Assembly (NCBI GenBank): GCA_017629245.1
Contig: JAGBXO010000007.1
Location: forward strand, 14,100 to 78,099
DNA length: 64,000 nt
Reading direction: 5' to 3'
From: Alphaproteobacteria bacterium
GTDB taxonomy: Bacteria; Pseudomonadota; Alphaproteobacteria; Rs-D84
Part shown: one piece after another, positions 26,769 to 35,677 of the stretch
Position numbering within the stretch: position 1 is the stretch's first letter
How the letters are laid out: each line of letters opens with the position of its first letter
Made by a program: the position numbers and the translations under genes
The notes under the pieces: generated by a model
What the model was told of the DNA's origin: nothing
The model's input: the letters and a program-made list of their open reading frames with translations, nothing else
Database searches by the model: none

Positions 26769-27964
26769 TATTCCGTTTGTTGATCAGCTTTTTTTCCTGT
26801 GACACATTCTTTATATTCATCTGGCGATGTTTTGGCCCAACATTGCCCATCTACATTATTTTTATACGAAACCTTATTTCGACTTTTGCCATACTGTAAA
26901 TCTAAATGTGAATACCCAATGGCAGTCTTACAAACTCCCGTTTTCACATCAAAATATTGCCCCGTCTGATTACAGACCACACATGTTCCATCATTTGGAT
27001 TTGGTCCGCCCTTAACACTGGTTGCACAATCTTGACACTCATCGGTTTTACCTGCCGCAGGAAATGCTTTGGTTTGATCTCTACAGACATAAATATAACA
27101 ATTGCGTTCCTTATCCTTTCGTTTTATATGCAGCGAAGAATTATACCCACTTTCTGGAAAGTTTCCACAGAACACAGGATTTATATCTTCGATTGCTTCT
27201 GCTGTTGCAGGCACACAATCTGTATTTGTATCGTTCGGCAAATATCCCTGTTTACATAACAATTTTCTTGTATTCGACACCAAATCTGCACGTTGAACCC
27301 ATGAATTAATACCCTTCCAGCCATCCCACTGACAACCAACCTGAACCGGTGCGGCCAGAATACCATTCTTCAAAAACTTCACAGCCCCTAAAATAATATC
27401 TTGTTCTCCATGATCGTTCCACACCCCAGCATACCAATAATAATTCCAGGTATTAAAACCATAAATATTCGATTCATAATTACTTATACGGCCACCAGAT
27501 GTCTTTTTCGTGATACCACTACGCAAAGAAGAAATAACATCGCCAACATCTGTTGTTTCCACAGAAAACATTTTTTCACATCCTGGACCAGAATATCCCT
27601 TTTCGCATAACCATACACATTTGCTGTCTTGCCAACCATTTGGACGATGATACAGTGTCCAAGACCAATGATTCTTTCTTGCGTTTGCACACTGAATTTG
27701 ATAGGGGCAAAAAAATCCACCATGTTCCGCTATCTGTTCTGCAACAACCGCGACAATTGCGCCTTCATCACCATAAGTGCCTATAGATGCAAAACCTAAT
27801 GAGCCATCAATAATAAATTCACCAGCGCTTCCCATACTGTTGACGTCTTTTTGTCCCGAATATCCCCATGCTGTGGCCATGTTACTATCTACATGATTTA
27901 TCGCCCAACCAGCACTTGTCCCAAGCGTCGCAAAGAATACTGAAGCATACAAGTATTTTTTCAT
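26768..27964 (-). CDS. Secreted cysteine-rich protein (398 aa) with EGF-like CxC..GY.G..C motif
   Basis: Signal peptide MKKYLYASVFFATLGTSAGWA. It carries 20+ Cys, including CVWLCEKGYSGPGCE which resembles the EGF consensus. No other known domain. Confidence 0.5.
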   Translation of the reverse strand: MKKYLYASVFFATLGTSAGWAINHVDSNMATAWGYSGQKDVNSMGSAGEFIIDGSLGFASIGTYGDEGAIVAVVAEQIAEHGGFFCPYQIQCANARKNHWSWTLYHRPNGWQDSKCVWLCEKGYSGPGCEKMFSVETTDVGDVISSLRSGITKKTSGGRISNYESNIYGFNTWNYYWYAGVWNDHGEQDIILGAVKFLKNGILAAPVQVGCQWDGWKGINSWVQRADLVSNTRKLLCKQGYLPNDTNTDCVPATAEAIEDINPVFCGNFPESGYNSSLHIKRKDKERNCYIYVCRDQTKAFPAAGKTDECQDCATSVKGGPNPNDGTCVVCNQTGQYFDVKTGVCKTAIGYSHLDLQYGKSRNKVSYKNNVDGQCWAKTSPDEYKECVTGKKADQQTE

Positions 27965-27967
27965 ATT

Positions 27968-30508
27968 TTAATTCTCCGGTGCCACATAGCATATGCCATT
28001 CTCATAATACCCATTCCCCAGCAACTTGCACTGGTTTTCATACCATTCGGCACTAAATTCACATTCATCCTTGTCCGCATTATATTTTGCCAACAATTTC
28101 GTCTCTGTTGTACCACCATCTACATCTTCTTTATCTGATGTGACGTTCGAATTGTATGCCTCGCACAATACGCGGGTTGTGTTTTGTACACACTTGCCCC
28201 ATGATGCGGCACCTTTGGTTGTGCTGCTGCTGCCGGTGCCATATATCGCGTTATAGAAGCCAACCAAATCCGGCGCGTTCAGCAATCCTCTGTTCGACTC
28301 TTTGTTTTCTGCAACAATGTCTGCATCGACCCAATAACCATCCAATTCTTCGCATTTTTCAATAAATACATATTCCATTTGCCATTTTATTTCATTAATC
28401 GCCTGGTCAATCTTGTTCAATGTATCCAATGCTATCGCCCCATTCGCTGTCAGTGCCTGACGCGCCGCCGCCGCTGTTGCATTGCTTGCAATCTGCGGTT
28501 TTGTCTTCGTTGGATCTGCACATGAATTTGCCGCAAACTTATAGACATTAATACTCAATTCATCCAAACCCCACTGACGGCAATTCCATGGGAACGCCTC
28601 ACCACTGCCATCTGTTGGTGTGCACCATTCCTTTAACTGGGTTTCAATTGCTGCATCGCAACCTTCGGCAACACGAACATTATCAACAGTATCAACAAAC
28701 GCCAACAATGATGTCAAACCGCATCTTGTTGATGCTGTTCCATCTGCCTTCTGGGTTCCTGCCGTCAAACGGCCATTTCCATCAAATTCGCAGCCTGTCG
28801 TATCACCATACAGCGATGCACACGCAATAACCTTGTCTTCACACATTGCCTTGGCTGCATATGCCGACATCGCCCCCGATGTTTTAGCGGTTGTATCATC
28901 AAAGCTTTTCAATGCACTGGACTGAGTGTCATAACATTCTTTCATTGTATTAACGCACGACATCTTGACTTCTTCAATCTTGGCATCTTGCGCCTGGGCG
29001 ATTTCAATTAACGCCATGCGTTTGAATTCTGTCCACACATTATCGGCAATACCACGGCACGAATCCAACGCAGTTTCTGCATACATTTTCTTAGAATCCA
29101 AGAACTGATCAAATTTTGGATTCTGCCCCAGAACATCCATATCTCCACCGGCCCCGGCCAGGGTAATAATGTTTGTCAATTCAAACAAACGCTGGGAATA
29201 AATCGGTTCACCCGTTGACTGATTTACATATGCGCCACTGTAATCCAAACAACGTTTATAATTCGGACCGCACGCTGTATCTGCCAACAAAGCGGCCTGG
29301 ACCTTGGCGATACATTCGTTTACATCACGCGAATTATGCGCACGGTATTCTTCCAGACGGGCATCACGCAGAATTTTTTCCGCCTGGCGAACGGTTGACA
29401 TAACCTGTTCACGTTTTTTATTAACATTTTTTTCATATGCGTTACAATCCTGAGAAATCATGATATTATACGCACTGGTCGCCATGTTCAGAACCGCATT
29501 GCTTTCACAATTTTCCTTAATTAACTGAACGCACTGCTTATTAGATTCATTATACAATGCCTGACCTTCTAATGTGGTCAAATCTACACCGCCACCGGTG
29601 CTGAATATAGAACCACTGTCAAACGGATCCGCACCACCTTCGCCCCAAACATCGCCGATATCGGTTGAAAAATCTAATGATATAACCCCCAAAGACGACG
29701 AAGAAGTAGTTGCACTTGCCGATGTCGCTTTCTTTTTTCCAGACAACAAATCACCAATTTCATTCAAAATGCTTTGCGCCCCACTGGTGTCGTTTTTAAT
29801 CGCCGCTTCACCAACTGTTGCAGTGTACATTGCATTAACTTCGGCCGCTGTCTTATCAACTGCATTTAAATTATTGTCTTCAAACTTCTGCAACAGAACC
29901 TTAGCCTGATCCATGGCCCATTCCATATCACGGAATTCCGTAAATCTGGAACTGCAGAAACAACGGCGATATGTATCATTTGCATTTGCACAAAACTGAT
30001 CCATACATGTTGCATATGCATCACGACATTCTGAATACCCACCACCAATCTTGGAAATATCTGTAAACACCGCCGTTGCACGTGCACGCGACGCCGCACG
30101 GGCCAGACCACTGATTACACTGGCTGCACTGCGTGCTGCATGTCCACCAACACTTGGTATTGTGGCACGCCCCGCATTAACCACACCACTGCGCGCCATT
30201 GTCGCACTGCGCCCCGGTTGCACACGAGCATTCGTTGCACTGCGCGCGGTTTTCTTTTTATCCATCGAAACATCACGTGATGCAACCGACACATCACGAC
30301 GCACGGCACTGCGCGAAGTATTAGCCACAACATTCGCATTAGCCCCAGCACCACGTTTAACCACACGGCCATCGGCACGCCCGGCAACAACATTGGCCGC
30401 TGTCGCACTGCGCGGATTTGGTGCCTGATCAGCACGCGCCAAACCGACACCGCCAACCGTCGCTAAAACCGCAGAAAACTTACAAAAATGTGTTAATATA
30501 TGTTTCAC
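27968..30508 (-). CDS. Large secreted protein (846 aa) with N-terminal Ala/Arg/Ser-rich low-complexity region and Cys-containing C-terminal region
   Basis: Signal peptide (MKHILTHFCKFSAVLATVGGVGLARA). Residues 30-160 are a low-complexity R/A/S/V region. The remainder has ~30 Cys and no recognised motif. A 3-nt gap separates it from the downstream gene. Confidence 0.5.
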   Translation of the reverse strand: MKHILTHFCKFSAVLATVGGVGLARADQAPNPRSATAANVVAGRADGRVVKRGAGANANVVANTSRSAVRRDVSVASRDVSMDKKKTARSATNARVQPGRSATMARSGVVNAGRATIPSVGGHAARSAASVISGLARAASRARATAVFTDISKIGGGYSECRDAYATCMDQFCANANDTYRRCFCSSRFTEFRDMEWAMDQAKVLLQKFEDNNLNAVDKTAAEVNAMYTATVGEAAIKNDTSGAQSILNEIGDLLSGKKKATSASATTSSSSLGVISLDFSTDIGDVWGEGGADPFDSGSIFSTGGGVDLTTLEGQALYNESNKQCVQLIKENCESNAVLNMATSAYNIMISQDCNAYEKNVNKKREQVMSTVRQAEKILRDARLEEYRAHNSRDVNECIAKVQAALLADTACGPNYKRCLDYSGAYVNQSTGEPIYSQRLFELTNIITLAGAGGDMDVLGQNPKFDQFLDSKKMYAETALDSCRGIADNVWTEFKRMALIEIAQAQDAKIEEVKMSCVNTMKECYDTQSSALKSFDDTTAKTSGAMSAYAAKAMCEDKVIACASLYGDTTGCEFDGNGRLTAGTQKADGTASTRCGLTSLLAFVDTVDNVRVAEGCDAAIETQLKEWCTPTDGSGEAFPWNCRQWGLDELSINVYKFAANSCADPTKTKPQIASNATAAAARQALTANGAIALDTLNKIDQAINEIKWQMEYVFIEKCEELDGYWVDADIVAENKESNRGLLNAPDLVGFYNAIYGTGSSSTTKGAASWGKCVQNTTRVLCEAYNSNVTSDKEDVDGGTTETKLLAKYNADKDECEFSAEWYENQCKLLGNGYYENGICYVAPEN

Positions 30509-30565
30509 TTCAATTCTCTCTTTTCTTCATTCTAACATTTTTTGCCATTTTAAATCAACAGCAAA

Positions 30566-30799
30566 TTAAATCTTTTTATTTTTTTCATAAAAATATTTAC
30601 TGCATCGTTCTGCTATATCCGCATCTGAACATTTTGCATATTTGCCTAATACCACCTGAACATCATGCAACAGTGGCACAACCCCCGGGTTTTCCGTTGC
30701 GCACTGCATCGCCATATGCAAATTCATCATTGCAACCTGCAAATCATTATCAGTACAGATATCAAACAAATTCTTTTTTTGCGCCATACAAACCACCAT
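30566..30799 (-). CDS. Small Cys-containing hypothetical protein (~70 aa)
   Basis: Short ORF co-directional with the flanking genes; its start overlaps the upstream gene's stop. Weak support. Confidence 0.3.
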   Translation of the reverse strand: MVVCMAQKKNLFDICTDNDLQVAMMNLHMAMQCATENPGVVPLLHDVQVVLGKYAKCSDADIAERCSKYFYEKNKKI

Positions 30800-31317
30800 T
30801 ATTTAGTTATGAACCAAAACATCACCGTCATAAGCATCAGCAATGACAAAGGCACAGCAACCTTTTGAAAAGGAAATTTTGCACGCCCGCCATTGTTGCG
30901 TTTAATCTTAACATACCAGCGCGCCCCAAAATAAAACGCAACCGTACCAACGATAACACCCAACAAGAACTTGTCGATGCCCCACAGTGTAATCGCACCA
31001 AAATCTATACCTGGCATTAAGTAAACCATTCCCAACAAAGCATAATACACAACAAAAGGCACAACAATCTGCCACCAGAAATTATTAACACCATGCTTGT
31101 TCAACCAACCAACAGTCCAGAAATACAAAGATAATGTCAATCCGCCCGCCCAAATTCCGGTAATAACATCATCAACCCCCAACAGGCGCGCCCCTTCTAA
31201 TCCTGCACCAACCGCAATTGTACATACCGGACAAACAGCATCTGCTGCACAAATTGCACATAAAAAAGCAGATAATGCCACAAACAATTTTTTCATTACT
31301 TTCTTCCTTTTTTTCAA
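30799..31317 (-). CDS. Polytopic membrane protein with periplasmic CPVC motif (possible thiol-disulfide oxidoreductase-like)
   Basis: Signal/TM segment, a CPVC pair right after the first hydrophobic segment, and 3-4 further TM helices. Confidence 0.45.
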   Translation of the reverse strand: MKKRKKVMKKLFVALSAFLCAICAADAVCPVCTIAVGAGLEGARLLGVDDVITGIWAGGLTLSLYFWTVGWLNKHGVNNFWWQIVVPFVVYYALLGMVYLMPGIDFGAITLWGIDKFLLGVIVGTVAFYFGARWYVKIKRNNGGRAKFPFQKVAVPLSLLMLMTVMFWFITK

Positions 31318-31342
31318 TCGTACAAAAAACCAACTTGCACGG

Positions 31343-32188
31343 TCAATATGTTTTTACAACCCCGCGCATATGCGCCGATCGGGCGCGTGGATTATTCTCT
31401 AACTCGATTTCCGATGGCACAACAGGTTTTATCATTTTAAACGGCGCGTCTTCAACCACAGGCATGCGTGGATCACCAAGCGGTATTGTCCACGTTCGAA
31501 AGGTATTTTTAACAATTCTATCTTCTAATGAATGAAAAGTCACACATATACATTTGCCACCAAGCGTTAACATACCTGGCACCGCCTCCAAGGCACGCTC
31601 AACTTCGCCCATTTCATCATTTACCACAATACGCAATGCCTGAAAGACTGGCGCGACATCCTTGGGATTATGAATTAAATCACGCAATTCAAATGTTGTT
31701 TCTGGCAGCGCTTCTTTCATCGCACGCGCCAATATATTTGCTTTTTTTACATCGCCATAAACACGCAGAATTTCTGCCAATTCAGCAACAGATTTTTCTT
31801 TTATTAAATCTTGGGCGGTCATACCACTTTGCGCCATACGCATATCCAACGGCGCATCCATACGAAAAGAAAAACCACGCGCGGCCACATCAATCTGCAT
31901 AGAAGATATTCCCAAATCAAACACAACAGCATCAACTGTTCTGTCTAAATCCGCAATTTTTGAAAATGGTGCTGCCACAAATTCAAATTGTTCTGGAAAC
32001 TCACCCTTTAGCGCATTAGCATCTGCCACAACATTTGGATCACGATCGAACGCAATAACGTTTGCACCACGCACCAAGAACGCCCGCGAATACCCGCCCG
32101 CACCAAATGTACAGTCAACAATCGTCTTGCCACGAATATCCCCCAGACCATCCAACACCGCATCCAATAACACAGGAATATGTTTCAT
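31343..32188 (-). CDS. rsmH: 16S rRNA (cytosine1402-N4)-methyltransferase RsmH
   Basis: MKHIPVLLDAVLDGL...IVDCTFGAGGYSRAFL SAM-binding motif; 281 aa. Confidence 0.9.
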   Translation of the reverse strand: MKHIPVLLDAVLDGLGDIRGKTIVDCTFGAGGYSRAFLVRGANVIAFDRDPNVVADANALKGEFPEQFEFVAAPFSKIADLDRTVDAVVFDLGISSMQIDVAARGFSFRMDAPLDMRMAQSGMTAQDLIKEKSVAELAEILRVYGDVKKANILARAMKEALPETTFELRDLIHNPKDVAPVFQALRIVVNDEMGEVERALEAVPGMLTLGGKCICVTFHSLEDRIVKNTFRTWTIPLGDPRMPVVEDAPFKMIKPVVPSEIELENNPRARSAHMRGVVKTY

Positions 32189-32189
32189 G

Positions 32190-35100
32190 TTATTCCACCT
32201 CTACCTTTAAACCTAATGCAGTTAAGTCTGCAACCGTTGTCGCCCCCAGTTCAACACCACCCGGCAATGCAACCGTCGCTGTTTTTTCTGCACCATGCAG
32301 AACCAATTCTACACGCGTATAACCACGGGGCAGGGCAACCAAAGCCTTTTTCACATCCTGTAATACAGTCTGGTCCCGTATGTCCAGTGTTAACTTCTTG
32401 GCAATTTTTGCCACCCATTCTGTCAGCGGAGTGATAGAATCCACAAATATAGACACCCTGTCATCACGATTTGATGTTTTTCCCGAAATAACAACCGCAT
32501 TTTCGTTCGCTAAAATCTGGGCAAATTCAATAGAGGCATCGCCAAACGCCACCGCATCAATATTACCATGACTGTCCGAAGCGTTTATAGTTATCATTTC
32601 CTTGCCCGTCTTGGTACGGCGACGACCAAAACTATTTACATTTGCGGCAATCTGCACCGGTTTTCTGTCGCCCATCTTCTCTAAGGTTGCGCTGGTCGCC
32701 AAATTTGACCGTTGGATTAAATGCTTGTACTGATCCAACGGATGTGCCGAGATATAGAACCCCAACGCAGACAATTCATTTTCCAATTTTTGTCCAAATG
32801 TCCATGGGTCTGTCTTGGGCAAATTTTTGCGTAATCTATCTTCGTCAACATCGTCTTCGGTCGTATTCGCAAATAATGACAGCATATTTGCACCATCTTT
32901 TGACTTTGCCGCATACGACAAAATCGCATCCGCATTCAGGTAAATCAGCGCACGATTTGGCTCTAACGAATCCAGAACACCCGTCTTGGCAAATGCTTCC
33001 AAAATGCGTTTATTCATAATTGGCGCACAACGCTTTGCAAAGTCTGTTAAATTCCTAAACTTACCATTTGCATTTCTTTCTGCAACAATCGCATCTGTCG
33101 CGACTGTACCAACCCCTTTCAGTGCCGCCAATCCATAAATAATTTTACCATCACGCACCGTAAACAATGATTCACTTTGATTAATATCTGGCGCAACAAT
33201 CTGAATACCGAAATTAGTCTTGGCATCATCCACAAATATCGCCAATTGGTCGGTGTCATTCAAATTACTTGACATAGATGCCGCTAAAAATTCTGGCGTA
33301 TAGTTTGCCTTTAGATAGGCGCACTGATTTGCTACAATTGAATAGGCAATGGCGTGCGATTTATTGAATGCATATTTTGCAAAATCCTTGAACTTTTCCC
33401 ACAAATCCTTGGCTGTGGCGCGGTCCAGTGTCCCTTCTTTCTCGCACCCCTCATAGAATTTTCCTTCCAGTTCATCCAACATGGCAATAATTTTTTTACC
33501 CATCGCCTTACGCACATTATCGGATTGTCCACGTGTAAATCCGGCCAGAACACGTGTCAACTGCATAACCTGTTCCTGATACACAATAATGCCATAAGAT
33601 TCTTTCAATATCGGTTCTGCGCGCGGATGCACATATTCAATCTTTTCCTCACCATGCATACGGGCAATAAATTGTGGAATAAACGCAATTGGGCCCGGAC
33701 GATTTAATGCATTTAACGCTGATATTTCCAAGAAATTTGTCGGATGCATCTTGCGCAGGGTCTGTTGAACAAACGGGGCATCAAACTGGAATATACCTTC
33801 GGTCAATCCCTGTTGCCATAATTTCATTGTTTTTTCATCATCCGTTGGGATTTGGTCCAGGTCTATGTTTATCCCACGCGTTTGCTGAATCAACCGTGTT
33901 GCATATTTCAGCACCACCAAAGTTTCCAACCCCAAAAAGTCAAACTTAATCAACCCCGACTTTTCCAAATACTTACCATCAAACTGACATGATGGTAACG
34001 GGTTGGCAGGATCACGATAAACCGGTGCAATCTTAGTTGTTGGTCTGTCCCCAATAACAACACCACACGCATGCTGTCCCAGGTTTCGCAAACTGCCTTC
34101 TAATTCTTCAGCGACCGTCACAACCTTGCTTAAATCTTCGTCATTATTCAATATATCTTGAATTTCAGTTGACATACCAACTGCATCTTTCAGCGTTTTT
34201 GCATCCTGTGGAATTAATTTTGACAATCTATCAGATTTAGAATAGGGCATACCATACACGCGTCCAATATCACGAATTGCTCCACGCGCCTGCAATGACC
34301 CAAATGTAATAATTCGACACACTGAATCATGCCCATACTTATCACAAACATACGCCAAAACGCGTTCAATCCCGGTCGGCTCAAAATCAACGTCAAAGTC
34401 AGGCATAGAAATACGGTCTGGATTCAAAAAACGTTCAAACAGCAACCCATACTTTAACGGGTCAACATTTGTAATCCCCAACGCCCACGCCACAATTGAA
34501 CCTGCGCCTGAACCACGCCCAGGGCCAGTCAAAACATCGTTATTTCTGCACCAATCAATATAGTCCGCCACAATCAAGAAATACCCTGGGAACCCCATAC
34601 CGATAATAACACCCAATTCAAATTCAGCCTGTTCATAGTATGGCGCAGTATCTGTAATGTTATGCTGCTCTAGCCTGCGCTTTAATCCATTCATGGTATT
34701 ATCACGCAACATTTGACATTCTGTTTCTAAATCGTCACCAAAACGTGGCAACAAAGGCTTTTCGTGTACATTAACCATAAACCCACAACGCCTTGCAATA
34801 ACAACCGTGTTTTCAATCGCCTCAGGCAGGTCAGAAAATATTTCAGACATTTCCTCGTACGACTTAAAATATTGTTCCGAAGATTTTCTGGGGCGTTCTG
34901 GGTCAATAACCTTGGTCTGTCCCAACACGCAACTTAACGCATCTGCCGGTTCATAGTCTTTATCAGACGCAAAGCACACATCGTTTGTCGCAACAATTGG
35001 AATATTTAATTCCTGGGCAATATTCAAGAATTCTGGTTCGGTCTTTATTTCATTTTCCAGACCATGCCGCTGAATTTCCATATAAAACCGGTCGCCAAAC

Positions 35101-35597
35101 ATTTCCAAGAATCGCTTTGCATACCCCCGGGCCAGTTCATCTTGATTATTCAAAATCGCCATACCTATCGGCCCCAAATGCGCCCCAGACAGACAAATCA
35201 ATCCATCACTATGACTGGTCAATTCATCAAATGAAATATACGGTCCCAGATGATGATTTTCTGTGCGCATATACATCACACGGTTCAATTCGCATAAATT
35301 CAAATATCCGGCATGATTCTGGGCCAACAAAACGATTTTTGACAAAGCCTCGGCCCGTAATATTTTTGGATCTGCATTATGATGATTTAATGTTATTTCA
35401 ACCCCAATGATTGGTTGCAATTTATTCTTGGGCATAACATCTGAAAATTCTGCACACCCAGACATCAGATTTGTATCCGTTAATGCACAGGCACTCATTC
35501 CTGCGCCCTGACATAATCCTGGTATTCCCTTAACTGTCAACGTACTTGCACCAACTGAAAAACGCGAATGTGTACGAAGATGAACAAATTGCTGCAT
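32190..35597 (-). CDS. dnaE: DNA polymerase III alpha subunit
   Basis: PHP N-terminus (HLRTHSRFSVGAST) plus the polymerase core (…FDGKYLEKSGLIKFDFLGLETL…); 1135 aa. Confidence 0.9.
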   Translation of the reverse strand: MQQFVHLRTHSRFSVGASTLTVKGIPGLCQGAGMSACALTDTNLMSGCAEFSDVMPKNKLQPIIGVEITLNHHNADPKILRAEALSKIVLLAQNHAGYLNLCELNRVMYMRTENHHLGPYISFDELTSHSDGLICLSGAHLGPIGMAILNNQDELARGYAKRFLEMFGDRFYMEIQRHGLENEIKTEPEFLNIAQELNIPIVATNDVCFASDKDYEPADALSCVLGQTKVIDPERPRKSSEQYFKSYEEMSEIFSDLPEAIENTVVIARRCGFMVNVHEKPLLPRFGDDLETECQMLRDNTMNGLKRRLEQHNITDTAPYYEQAEFELGVIIGMGFPGYFLIVADYIDWCRNNDVLTGPGRGSGAGSIVAWALGITNVDPLKYGLLFERFLNPDRISMPDFDVDFEPTGIERVLAYVCDKYGHDSVCRIITFGSLQARGAIRDIGRVYGMPYSKSDRLSKLIPQDAKTLKDAVGMSTEIQDILNNDEDLSKVVTVAEELEGSLRNLGQHACGVVIGDRPTTKIAPVYRDPANPLPSCQFDGKYLEKSGLIKFDFLGLETLVVLKYATRLIQQTRGINIDLDQIPTDDEKTMKLWQQGLTEGIFQFDAPFVQQTLRKMHPTNFLEISALNALNRPGPIAFIPQFIARMHGEEKIEYVHPRAEPILKESYGIIVYQEQVMQLTRVLAGFTRGQSDNVRKAMGKKIIAMLDELEGKFYEGCEKEGTLDRATAKDLWEKFKDFAKYAFNKSHAIAYSIVANQCAYLKANYTPEFLAASMSSNLNDTDQLAIFVDDAKTNFGIQIVAPDINQSESLFTVRDGKIIYGLAALKGVGTVATDAIVAERNANGKFRNLTDFAKRCAPIMNKRILEAFAKTGVLDSLEPNRALIYLNADAILSYAAKSKDGANMLSLFANTTEDDVDEDRLRKNLPKTDPWTFGQKLENELSALGFYISAHPLDQYKHLIQRSNLATSATLEKMGDRKPVQIAANVNSFGRRRTKTGKEMITINASDSHGNIDAVAFGDASIEFAQILANENAVVISGKTSNRDDRVSIFVDSITPLTEWVAKIAKKLTLDIRDQTVLQDVKKALVALPRGYTRVELVLHGAEKTATVALPGGVELGATTVADLTALGLKVEVE

Positions 35598-35677
35598 AAC
35601 CCCTTTCCTTTAACCTTTAAATCACCAGCAAAATAACAACACAAAAATAAAAACGCAATAAATTGCACTAAATAATT

